Positions 9,785-16,706 of a DNA stretch of 32,000 bases are shown here, one piece after another. The position numbers and the translations under genes are program-made. The stretch is from positions 300,001-332,000 of the forward strand of contig NC_018655.1 of NCBI RefSeq assembly GCF_000299365.1, given 5' to 3'. Position 1 is the stretch's first letter, and the number at the start of each line of letters is the position of its first letter. Under the pieces are notes generated by a model. The model was not told the origin of the DNA, did no database searches, and worked only from the letters and a program-made list of their open reading frames with translations. This DNA is from Candidatus Nitrosopumilus koreensis AR1. GTDB lineage: Archaea; Thermoproteota; Nitrososphaeria; Nitrososphaerales; Nitrosopumilaceae.

Positions 9785-10417
9785 ATGGTAGATTTTTCAT
9801 TTGAATTAGGATCGTTTATCTCTGTTTTAGATTACTTGGGAACTATTGCATTTGCAATAACGGGGGCTTCTAAAGCAATTGCGCACAACGCTGATATTTT
9901 TGGAATAATTGTGCTAGCAAGTGTAGTTGGAGTTGCTGGAGGAATAACACGTGATGTAATATTTGGCAGATTTCCAACCGCATTCTCTGATCCAATATAC
10001 ATCAGTTTGACTGTATCTGCAGGAATTGCGATGTTCTTTTTGTATTCAAAACTCAAACGACAGATGGGAACTTGGCTTGTCTTTGATGCAGTTGGACTGG
10101 GTGTGTTTTCTATAATTGGCGCATCTGTTGCACATCAGGTAGTTGGATTAGAGTTTCTTCCAATGCTGTTTGCTGGAGTTGTAACTGCAATTGGTGGTGG
10201 AATACTTCGAGATGTGTTTGTCAGAGAAATTCCAATTGTCTTTGTAAAAGAAGTGTATGCTGTGGCAAGTGTAATTGGTATTGTAGTGTTTTATGCAATG
10301 TTGGCTTATGATATGGATATTCAAATCTCATCAATATCTGGTATTGTTGTTGCAACTGGAATACGATTGTTGGCCATGAAATACAACTGGAATCTGCCCA
10401 AAGTCAAAGAGACTTGA
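9785..10417 (+). CDS. TRIC/UPF0126 family membrane protein (trimeric intracellular cation channel-like)
   Basis: Two internal repeats carry the glycine-rich motifs VVGVAGGITRDV and VTAIGGGILRDV, with seven hydrophobic segments. This is characteristic of the UPF0126 (YadS/YicG) family. Confidence 0.88.
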   Translation: MVDFSFELGSFISVLDYLGTIAFAITGASKAIAHNADIFGIIVLASVVGVAGGITRDVIFGRFPTAFSDPIYISLTVSAGIAMFFLYSKLKRQMGTWLVFDAVGLGVFSIIGASVAHQVVGLEFLPMLFAGVVTAIGGGILRDVFVREIPIVFVKEVYAVASVIGIVVFYAMLAYDMDIQISSISGIVVATGIRLLAMKYNWNLPKVKET

Positions 10418-10432
10418 GTATTTTTTGAAATA

Positions 10433-10453
10433 GGCACCCCGAATGGTTTGATT
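10433..10453 (+). repeat. GC-rich direct repeat copy 1 (GGCACCCCGAATGGTTTGATT)
   Basis: Lies 16 nt after the stop of the TRIC gene. It matches 11457-11477 (GGCACCCCGTAATGATTGATA) apart from one indel and a few substitutions. A weaker third copy is GGCACTCCGCCTAAT at 10707-10721. Confidence 0.55.
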
Positions 10454-10864
10454 CTGTTTTAAGTATAACAAAATAGAACTATTACGCAATGCCAAAAAGA
10501 AAGGATCTGCCATTTCACCCAATAAATCCTAGAATTGCCCCTAGTCATCAAGATTCCTAGAAAGATGATTAATGCGTATCTTTCATTCTTTTGGCAGAGT
10601 TTCATTCGAACTAACAATTAGTTTTGTTAGCTTGTGACCTATTTTCTATCTGGAATTGATATTCTTGTAGAAAACATATTGAACAAAATTACCATTTTTG
10701 ATATGAGGCACTCCGCCTAATTCACTTTTCATTCAAGTATAACTTTATGCTATAATCCTACATGTTTGCTAGAAAGGCAATATTGTATCATCTGAATATA
10801 GAAGATTCAGAATATGACAATCTGTTTGATGATTCAAAGACTATTCTCAAAATGGAGGATTATT

Positions 10865-11416
10865 ATGACTGCTAGAATAATTTTGCCAGTACTTGTTTTT
10901 GTATTTGCCTTATTTTATGTTCCTGGGGTATTTGCACAAGAGATGTTGCGTCCAAATGACGTGTATGTTGATTCAGATGTACAAACACAGGTACCTTGGA
11001 AGATAGGAACAATCTCCAATAAACTCCTATCATTTTATTGTGATAAGACTGAACAATCTGTCTTTAATTTGGGAAAAACTACTGTTAGATGTGTTGCATC
11101 TGATACGGAAGGAAATGAATCTAGGACCTCTTTTGTAGTAACTGTAGGATACACTGTAGTTCAAATACCTGATTGGTTTGAGCACCCCACAAAGTATTGG
11201 TTGAATGGTGTGATTTCTGATGAAGAATACGTTGCATCAATAAAATCTCTCTTGCAGAAAAATGTTATTCAAATTCCTACTGCTGAATTTAAAGACAACA
11301 ATTCTGTGCAAAATATTCCTATATGGATAAAACAAAATGCCGAAAAATGGGTGGAACACAAAATTACTGATGATGAGTTTTCCATCGGACTGCAATGGTT
11401 GACAAAATACCTTTAA
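10865..11416 (+). CDS. Secreted protein with a HYR-like Ig domain and two Trp-rich C-terminal modules
   Basis: Signal peptide MTARIILPVLVFVFALFYVPGVFAQE, taking ATG 10865 as the start (the track ORF begins at 10814). HYR-like signature: GKTTVRCVASDTEGNESRTSFVVTV. Two modules follow: IPDWFEHPTKYWLNGVISDEEYVASIKSLLQKNVI and IPIWIKQNAEKWVEHKITDDEFSIGLQWLTKYL. Confidence 0.78.
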   Translation: MTARIILPVLVFVFALFYVPGVFAQEMLRPNDVYVDSDVQTQVPWKIGTISNKLLSFYCDKTEQSVFNLGKTTVRCVASDTEGNESRTSFVVTVGYTVVQIPDWFEHPTKYWLNGVISDEEYVASIKSLLQKNVIQIPTAEFKDNNSVQNIPIWIKQNAEKWVEHKITDDEFSIGLQWLTKYL

Positions 11417-11456
11417 CACTTGACTAGAAATTATTTTTCGTAATGATATGAGTGAT

Positions 11457-11477
11457 GGCACCCCGTAATGATTGATA
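11457..11477 (+). repeat. GC-rich direct repeat copy 2 (GGCACCCCGTAATGATTGATA)
   Basis: Lies 41 nt after the stop of the HYR-like gene. See copy 1 at 10433-10453. Confidence 0.55.
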
Positions 11478-11511
11478 TTGATACTAATATGATGTTGACT
11501 TATTATCCGAC

Positions 11512-12318
11512 ATGAACTTGGCCCTGTTGGCTGTAATTACAATAATTGCATCTGGATTAATCATATCTGTTCCGCTAGCCTCCTCTGAAACTGTGGGTGC
11601 TCATGTTTCTAAGGTATTGACCGATCACACTGAACCTGGATATGCATCAGCAGCTATTTTGATATGTGCGGGAAATGATCCTTTATCATATCCTGAAATA
11701 ATCGTCAGTTCAGAACAAGAAACTAAAATTGTTGTGTATGAAGGAGATGTTCCTGCAAATACTTGTTTAGGTGAAACAGTTACAATAAAAACAAACAATC
11801 TCTCTTCAATAACTGCTTCATTAGCAACATCTTCAGGACCTATTATGTTAGATGAACCAACTAGAGATGTAACTGGTATGAATGTGCTTAAGGGAATGTC
11901 ATCTGATGGCAAAATTATGTTGGAAGTTTCTTCTTCAGCACCAATATCTGGAAGTACTTCTCAAATCAAAGTGGATTTTGTTGATGTGTTGGGAAATTCA
12001 ATACAACATGTAAATTATGATATCACTGTAACCCAAAATGATGAGATAGTCCTAGAAGAATCCAATGCTCATACGCATATAGGAGTCAAGTATCACGAGA
12101 CAGATGTTCTAAAATCTAATTCTCCACTTGATGTAAAAATAACGCTTCTTGGATTGGGTTTACCTGGTGAACAAGTAACGTGGGAAGGGCCTCGAGGAGA
12201 AATAGTACAATTTATTGCCGTTCCTGAATTTGGAACTATTGTGTTACTTGTGTTGGTAGCTACCATTTCCATGGTTGTGATAGTAGGTGCCAGAAGTAAA
12301 GTAAGCGTTTATCCTTAA
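11512..12318 (+). CDS. Secreted PEFG-CTERM domain protein
   Basis: N-terminal signal/anchor MNLALLAVITIIASGLIISVPLASS. The C-terminal tripartite tail is VPEFG + hydrophobic TIVLLVLVATISMVVIV + basic GARSK, which is the thaumarchaeal PEFG-CTERM putative sorting signal. The body is a beta-rich domain (HVNYDITVTQNDEIV...VKITLLGLGLPGE). Confidence 0.86.
   Translation: MNLALLAVITIIASGLIISVPLASSETVGAHVSKVLTDHTEPGYASAAILICAGNDPLSYPEIIVSSEQETKIVVYEGDVPANTCLGETVTIKTNNLSSITASLATSSGPIMLDEPTRDVTGMNVLKGMSSDGKIMLEVSSSAPISGSTSQIKVDFVDVLGNSIQHVNYDITVTQNDEIVLEESNAHTHIGVKYHETDVLKSNSPLDVKITLLGLGLPGEQVTWEGPRGEIVQFIAVPEFGTIVLLVLVATISMVVIVGARSKVSVYP
12223..12315 (+). other. PEFG-CTERM sorting-signal region
   Basis: Codons for PEFGTIVLLVLVATISMVVIVGARSKVSVYP at the extreme C-terminus of the 268-aa protein. 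Confidence 0.8.
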
Positions 12319-12439
12319 ATTTTCATTTTTTTCATGTCTTTGGTAATTCCACTATAACTGTGATTGATATGATGATATTGGTTTTTTCACACTTGCAAAA
12401 CATTGTGAACGTTTTTAAATTAAAATCCGAAAAAAATGT

Positions 12440-12817
12440 ATGCCAATAAGTGCAATTGTTGTGGATGATGAAGATGATATTGTAAATACATTTACAGAAT
12501 TACTGGAACTTTACAAAATTAATGTAATTGGAACTGCAAAAGATGGAAAGGATGCAGTAGAACAATTCAAAAAACTTCGCCCTGACGTTGTCTTTCTAGA
12601 TATTATGATGCCTGAATTTGATGGATATTATGCACTAAAAGAAATTAGAATGATTGATGAGTCTGCAATTGTAATTCTAGTTACAGGTGGTGGACCTGAA
12701 GATATTGACAAATTATCGGAACTAAACCCATCGGCTATAATTCATAAACCCTATCAAATGGATACATTAATGCATGTATTGCAAGATGATTTGAAATTGG
12801 AAATACCTTCTAAATAA
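12440..12817 (+). CDS. Stand-alone response regulator receiver (CheY-like)
   Basis: Acidic pocket VVDDEDD, phospho-acceptor context VVFLDIMMPEFDG, conserved T (ILVTGGG) and K (IIHKPY). There is no output domain. Confidence 0.9.
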   Translation: MPISAIVVDDEDDIVNTFTELLELYKINVIGTAKDGKDAVEQFKKLRPDVVFLDIMMPEFDGYYALKEIRMIDESAIVILVTGGGPEDIDKLSELNPSAIIHKPYQMDTLMHVLQDDLKLEIPSK

Positions 12818-12881
12818 AAAAATTATTGCATCTGTTCGAAGATGAATTTGACTTTTCAAATAAAACTACGCTTATCTCAAA

Positions 12882-13946
12882 CTAGAATTTTAAAATTTTA
12901 GATGCTACAACCATTCCAGATATTCCTGATATGATTCCCGGTGGAATGCTCATCATCCAAAAATTAAAGACCATGTCTGATGACGTGTGCAAGATATCAT
13001 ATGGAAATACATCATTGTACAAGTATAGTTCCAAAAACGTCATTGAAAGCATTGGAAAACTAAACATGAAAAACATTGAACCTAAAACTGCTCCTGCAAT
13101 TTTGCTTGAATGTTTTTGAAAAATTTTCAAATTGCTTTTCTTGTTCATGATATAATCTGCAACAATTCCACTAATCATTGGTGCTGCAAACCACGGAAGG
13201 TAGAACATGATGTTTTCAGATGTAAGAATATTTGATGTAATGTTCATTACTAGAAATGTAAGGGTTGCGGCACTAGTTGCACCAAATCTATTTTGAGCCT
13301 TTGATGATGACCAAAATACCAACGAGTATGCAAATGGGATAAAAATTAAACTTAGAATTAATCCAACAGTTGGATCTGGATTAAAATTGTGAGTGTCTCC
13401 TTCAGATATTGGTAACACAAAGAAAAAGATCAACCACATTATGCTAAACCAAAATGTTCCAAATGTTATTGGCAAAACAATATTCAAGAAATTACTCTTC
13501 TCTGAAAGGTGAAACTTTATTCTTGAAAATCCAATGACTGCTCCAACCAATCCTGTCAAAATTCCTAATGCAAGTGTGATATGTGTTGGACTAAGTAAAC
13601 CGTCAATTCCAAATGCTTCGTGCCATAAAAAATCTCCTGGACCTGCAATGATTTGCATCACTACACCAATAATGATCAGCTTGAATCCTAATGCAAAAGA
13701 TTTTTTTCTTATCTCTTTTTGTCTAACATGCAAAATGATTCCTAAAATGGCACCAATCAAGCTAACTCCTACTCCCAAATACAATACTCCGTGAGATGGT
13801 GTGAAAAAAGTCTCAGGAATCCTTAGAAGATGAGATGTAATGTCCCAACTTGCACCCCACATAGACAGAGTTGTACCAACTAGTGTTACAAGAAATGTTA
13901 TTGTAGGAAATTTTATTTCAGATTTTTGTAAAACTTTGGTTGACAA
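12882..13946 (-). CDS. Polytopic membrane protein of unknown function
   Basis: 354-aa ORF with about 9-10 hydrophobic segments. A duplicated His-containing motif is present near the N-terminus: SWDITSH...FFTPSHGVLYLG and LWHEAFGIDGLLSPTHITLALG. Confidence 0.8.
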   Translation of the reverse strand: MSTKVLQKSEIKFPTITFLVTLVGTTLSMWGASWDITSHLLRIPETFFTPSHGVLYLGVGVSLIGAILGIILHVRQKEIRKKSFALGFKLIIIGVVMQIIAGPGDFLWHEAFGIDGLLSPTHITLALGILTGLVGAVIGFSRIKFHLSEKSNFLNIVLPITFGTFWFSIMWLIFFFVLPISEGDTHNFNPDPTVGLILSLIFIPFAYSLVFWSSSKAQNRFGATSAATLTFLVMNITSNILTSENIMFYLPWFAAPMISGIVADYIMNKKSNLKIFQKHSSKIAGAVLGSMFFMFSFPMLSMTFLELYLYNDVFPYDILHTSSDMVFNFWMMSIPPGIISGISGMVVASKILKF

Positions 13947-14009
13947 TTAATCAGACCCGTGTTATGATGTTCATAAGTGCTTCTAAGTTGAATTAAAATT
14001 ATCTTTGGA

Positions 14010-14876
14010 TTATGCTGGAGTGTAATCCTTTGCTTGTCCGGCAACTGCTCTTGCTTGAGAGTCTGCCTTTTGCAAGATTTGCTCTTTTGTCTCATCAGTC
14101 ATGTAACCTGACTCAACAGATACAGAACGTGCTGATTGTGCTGCTTTGGATAATATGTGTTCGATATTTTCTGGGGTGATATATGCTGCTTCGATAGACA
14201 GTGAGATTGCCTCTTGGTGTGCTTGTGCAAACTCGTTTCTTATCTTCTCAACATCAATTATCATCTCTTCTTCAGCATACTTTAGTCCATCCTCAAGTGC
14301 TGTGTATAGTGTAATTCCTGCTTCAACTGGCTTGATGTCTAGTTTACCTAAAATGGCTGCAAGTTTCTCATTGATTGCTTCGCCTTTTTTTACCGGTGTG
14401 GAGTCTTTTGCAATCCATATTGTACCTTGGTCAATCTTGGTTGGGATTCCTGCCTCTTTGAATTCTGTAAGCATTGGTCCTGGTGCGATTCCTGTATTCT
14501 TTGCTGGAACAACCACATCAACACTTGCAATATCCCCTCCTCTGGCCATCATCATGATTTTGTTCTTTGCCAAAAGTACGTTAAGCTTGAATGGTGACAT
14601 ATTTGTAAACATGAGCATTATCTGTCCCTTGAATTCTCCAACCATGTCTTTCATTCCTGGAATGTCTGATTTTTCTAATGCTTTTTGTGCAACCTTATCT
14701 TTGATGCTGAAAAACTCTACGTCCTCTTTGAGTGTCTTTCTTAAAGGTAGTATCTGAGTAGAACGTACCTTGTTCATTTTGATAACTGCCATTACTTTGT
14801 ATTTTTTTGGTAACTCTTGTAACTGCTGATACATCTGAGTTTTTCTTTTAGGATAAGAGGTTCTATTTTCATGCAA
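14010..14876 (-). CDS. rpl10: Ribosomal stalk protein P0 (uL10)
   Basis: N-terminal uL10 domain (YKVMAVIKMNKVRSTQILPLRKTLKEDVEFFSIKDKVAQKAL..IMLMFTN). Archaeal insertion domain and helical spine follow. The TTG start at 14876 overlaps the rpl1 stop (TTGCATGA). The protein ends ...QAKDYTPA with no acidic GLxxLFG tail. Confidence 0.93.
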   Translation of the reverse strand: MHENRTSYPKRKTQMYQQLQELPKKYKVMAVIKMNKVRSTQILPLRKTLKEDVEFFSIKDKVAQKALEKSDIPGMKDMVGEFKGQIMLMFTNMSPFKLNVLLAKNKIMMMARGGDIASVDVVVPAKNTGIAPGPMLTEFKEAGIPTKIDQGTIWIAKDSTPVKKGEAINEKLAAILGKLDIKPVEAGITLYTALEDGLKYAEEEMIIDVEKIRNEFAQAHQEAISLSIEAAYITPENIEHILSKAAQSARSVSVESGYMTDETKEQILQKADSQARAVAGQAKDYTPA

Positions 14877-15531
14877 ATTTCTTCTTAACCTCTTGTATCT
14901 GTTTGATTGGTTTTCCCATAGTTGTTTTTATTATGACTCTTTTCATGTTCTTCTCACCGTTTGGCAATTTCTTTTCGATTGCACTTAGTACTGCATGTGC
15001 ATTAATTGCCAAGTCAGCGTCTTCCATTGACTCATCTCCAATCTTGCATGCAACAGAAAGTGATGCTCTTGCTCTGACTTTAATTGATGATCTAAATCTT
15101 GATAAAAATGATTCAATAGGTGCATTAAATGGAACTGGTGTTGGCATTTTTCCTCTAGGTCCTAATAATTGACCCAAAGTTTTACCAACTGTTGGCATGA
15201 TTTGTGTATCTGCCAAAAAGAAATCATATTTGTTGATAAATTTCCTAGACTCTCTTTTGTTTGCTCCAAATTTGTCTAGTTCTGTATTTCCGATAACAGT
15301 GTCTGCTTTTGCAGCCTTTGCTTTTGTTCCCATGTCTCCTGTTGCAATAACACATACTGTTGCAGGTGAACTGGTCTTTGGAAGCTGAACGACTTCGTTG
15401 AGTGCAAATCCTTTCTTGACGTCAATATCTTTGAAATTGACAATCAACTCTATTGACTGCTTGAACTTTTTTGCCTTTGTTGCAGCCTTTGCCTCTTGTA
15501 TCATTTTGACTAGCTCTGACTCTGTAATCAT
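14869..15531 (-). CDS. rpl1: Ribosomal protein L1 (uL1)
   Basis: FKQSIELIVNFKDIDVKKG...VCVIATGD...GPRGKMPTPVP...VRARASLSVACKIG is a typical uL1. I prefer ATG 15531 (MITESEL) over the track's TTG at 15540. Confidence 0.95.
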   Translation of the reverse strand: MITESELVKMIQEAKAATKAKKFKQSIELIVNFKDIDVKKGFALNEVVQLPKTSSPATVCVIATGDMGTKAKAAKADTVIGNTELDKFGANKRESRKFINKYDFFLADTQIMPTVGKTLGQLLGPRGKMPTPVPFNAPIESFLSRFRSSIKVRARASLSVACKIGDESMEDADLAINAHAVLSAIEKKLPNGEKNMKRVIIKTTMGKPIKQIQEVKKKFA

Positions 15532-15556
15532 TACGAACAATTTCGAGAGAGCCTAC

Positions 15557-15564
15557 TTAAAATC
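15557..15564 (-). promoter_or_regulatory. TATA-box-like element for the rpl1-rpl10 operon
   Basis: The minus strand reads GATTTTAA, centred about 29 nt upstream of ATG 15531. Confidence 0.3.
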
Positions 15565-15698
15565 GTTTAGAGGCAGAAATTGTGTTGGTACAGTTTATTT
15601 TAAAAAATTTCATTTTTTACCCAAAATAATTGAAAATCCACAACAAATTTGTCTCAAAACCTACATATATTAAATCACAACGAGAGTTTTCTGATACC

Positions 15699-16160
15699 TT
15701 GCATAGATTTGATGACCTTGATATGAAACTCCTCTTTGAGCTAACCAAGGATGGATCAATCTCAGTTCCTATACTCTCAAAGAAGTTAGGGATTAATGCA
15801 TCTGTACTTTATAGCAGAATCAAGAGACTGGTCAAAAAGAAACTGATAAAGAAATTCACAGTAGAAATTGATGACTCTTTACTCGGCATTGGTGTAAAGG
15901 CAAATGTTGGAATCAACCGAGATCCAAAACTCAAAGATTCGATTCACAAAAAATTTATGGAAACACCAGAAGTAGTCTCGATTTGTGAAGTAACAGGTAG
16001 ATTTGATATTATAATTCAGGTATATGCCAAAAATTTGGAATCGCTTCACTCTGTAGTTATTGAAAAGATTGGAAAGATAGAAGGCATTCAAAATACAGAG
16101 ACCTTTGTAGAGCTACAAAAAACAGACAAAGATCCAGTATATCTTAATGAATTAACATAA
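15699..16160 (+). CDS. Lrp/AsnC family transcriptional regulator
   Basis: HTH region LDMKLLFELTKDGSISVPILSKKLGINASVLYSRIKRLVKKKLIKKF is followed by a RAM/ligand domain (VKANVGI...VVSICEVTGRFDIIIQVYAKNLESL). The start is uncertain: TTG 15699 gives a family-typical length, TTG 15630 is the longest ORF and sits about 30 nt after a TATA-like TTTATTTTAAAAAA, and ATG 15723 is also possible. Confidence 0.87.
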   Translation: MHRFDDLDMKLLFELTKDGSISVPILSKKLGINASVLYSRIKRLVKKKLIKKFTVEIDDSLLGIGVKANVGINRDPKLKDSIHKKFMETPEVVSICEVTGRFDIIIQVYAKNLESLHSVVIEKIGKIEGIQNTETFVELQKTDKDPVYLNELT

Positions 16161-16205
16161 CTTTTGTACATCATCTATTAATAGCCAAACAAATTAGAAA
16201 TCAAC

Positions 16206-16310
16206 ATGTCTGAAGAAAAACAAATTTTCTATTGTGAACTATCAAACAAGAAACGAAAAGAACAGTATGGAATTGATACTGCACAAGAAAAGTCTGAAAA
16301 ACCACACTAA
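16206..16310 (+). CDS. Candidate micro-protein (34 aa, charged)
   Basis: ATG...TAA ORF MSEEKQIFYCELSNKKRKEQYGIDTAQEKSEKPH in an otherwise unassigned 546-bp gap. No further support. Confidence 0.25.
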   Translation: MSEEKQIFYCELSNKKRKEQYGIDTAQEKSEKPH

Positions 16311-16356
16311 ATCTAAAATTATCAACGCTTAAGTCCGTAGACTGTGTTATGTAATT

Positions 16357-16482
16357 GTGAGCAATACCAAATTTTATACCTGCAAAAACTGTGGAACAGA
16401 ATTTCCTTCAAGTGAGGTCAGGTTGTATTGCAAGGTATGCAAATCAAACATGGATAAAACTGGGCAACTTCCTAAACTCTAA
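16357..16482 (+). CDS. Candidate zinc-ribbon micro-protein (41 aa)
   Basis: GTG-start ORF (M)SNTKFYTCKNCGTEFPSSEVRLYCKVCKSNMDKTGQLPKL. The two CxxC pairs are spaced as in a 4-Cys zinc ribbon. Confidence 0.4.
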   Translation: MSNTKFYTCKNCGTEFPSSEVRLYCKVCKSNMDKTGQLPKL

Positions 16483-16515
16483 ATTCATAAGTTCGAGGTT
16501 TTTGGAGTATTTTAA

Positions 16516-16626
16516 ATGGACAAACGTGATGCTGCATTTTTGCTGGGAATTTTAGGTGGAACTGGAGCTGCAGTTGGTGTGGTCGTACTTTTGGCAAACG
16601 GATTTATCAAAAACCCGTTTATTTGA
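16516..16626 (+). CDS. Candidate single-TM micro-protein (36 aa)
   Basis: MDKRDAAFLLGILGGTGAAVGVVVLLANGFIKNPFI has a Gly-zipper-like hydrophobic helix. Confidence 0.3.
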   Translation: MDKRDAAFLLGILGGTGAAVGVVVLLANGFIKNPFI

Positions 16627-16706
16627 TTTCAAAATTATATTTTATTTTTTATTGGTAAAAACCAATTTTTATCAAAGTCTTTAAACCATGTTTCCTTAAT
16701 GGTGTT

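Noticed and set aside
10331-10522. 63-aa minus-strand ORF spanning the 3' end of the TRIC gene and the GC-rich repeat
   Set aside because: It overlaps a confident gene on the other strand and has no supporting motif. Its existence is probably a by-product of the local sequence.
12369-12375. ATGATGA (C-box-like) upstream of the receiver gene as a possible C/D box sRNA
   Set aside because: No CTGA D box or C'/D' pair occurs within the following ~80 nt, and no terminal stem is present. The same conclusion holds for the TAATGAT repeats at 11441-11472.
14146-14757. 203-aa + strand ORF in the six-frame track
   Set aside because: It lies entirely antisense to the well-supported rpl10 (P0) gene, and its Ser/Ile/Phe-rich low-complexity composition is typical of a shadow ORF. 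The same reasoning applies to 14903-15172, 15197-15388 and 15398-15673, which are antisense to rpl1 or read through its promoter.
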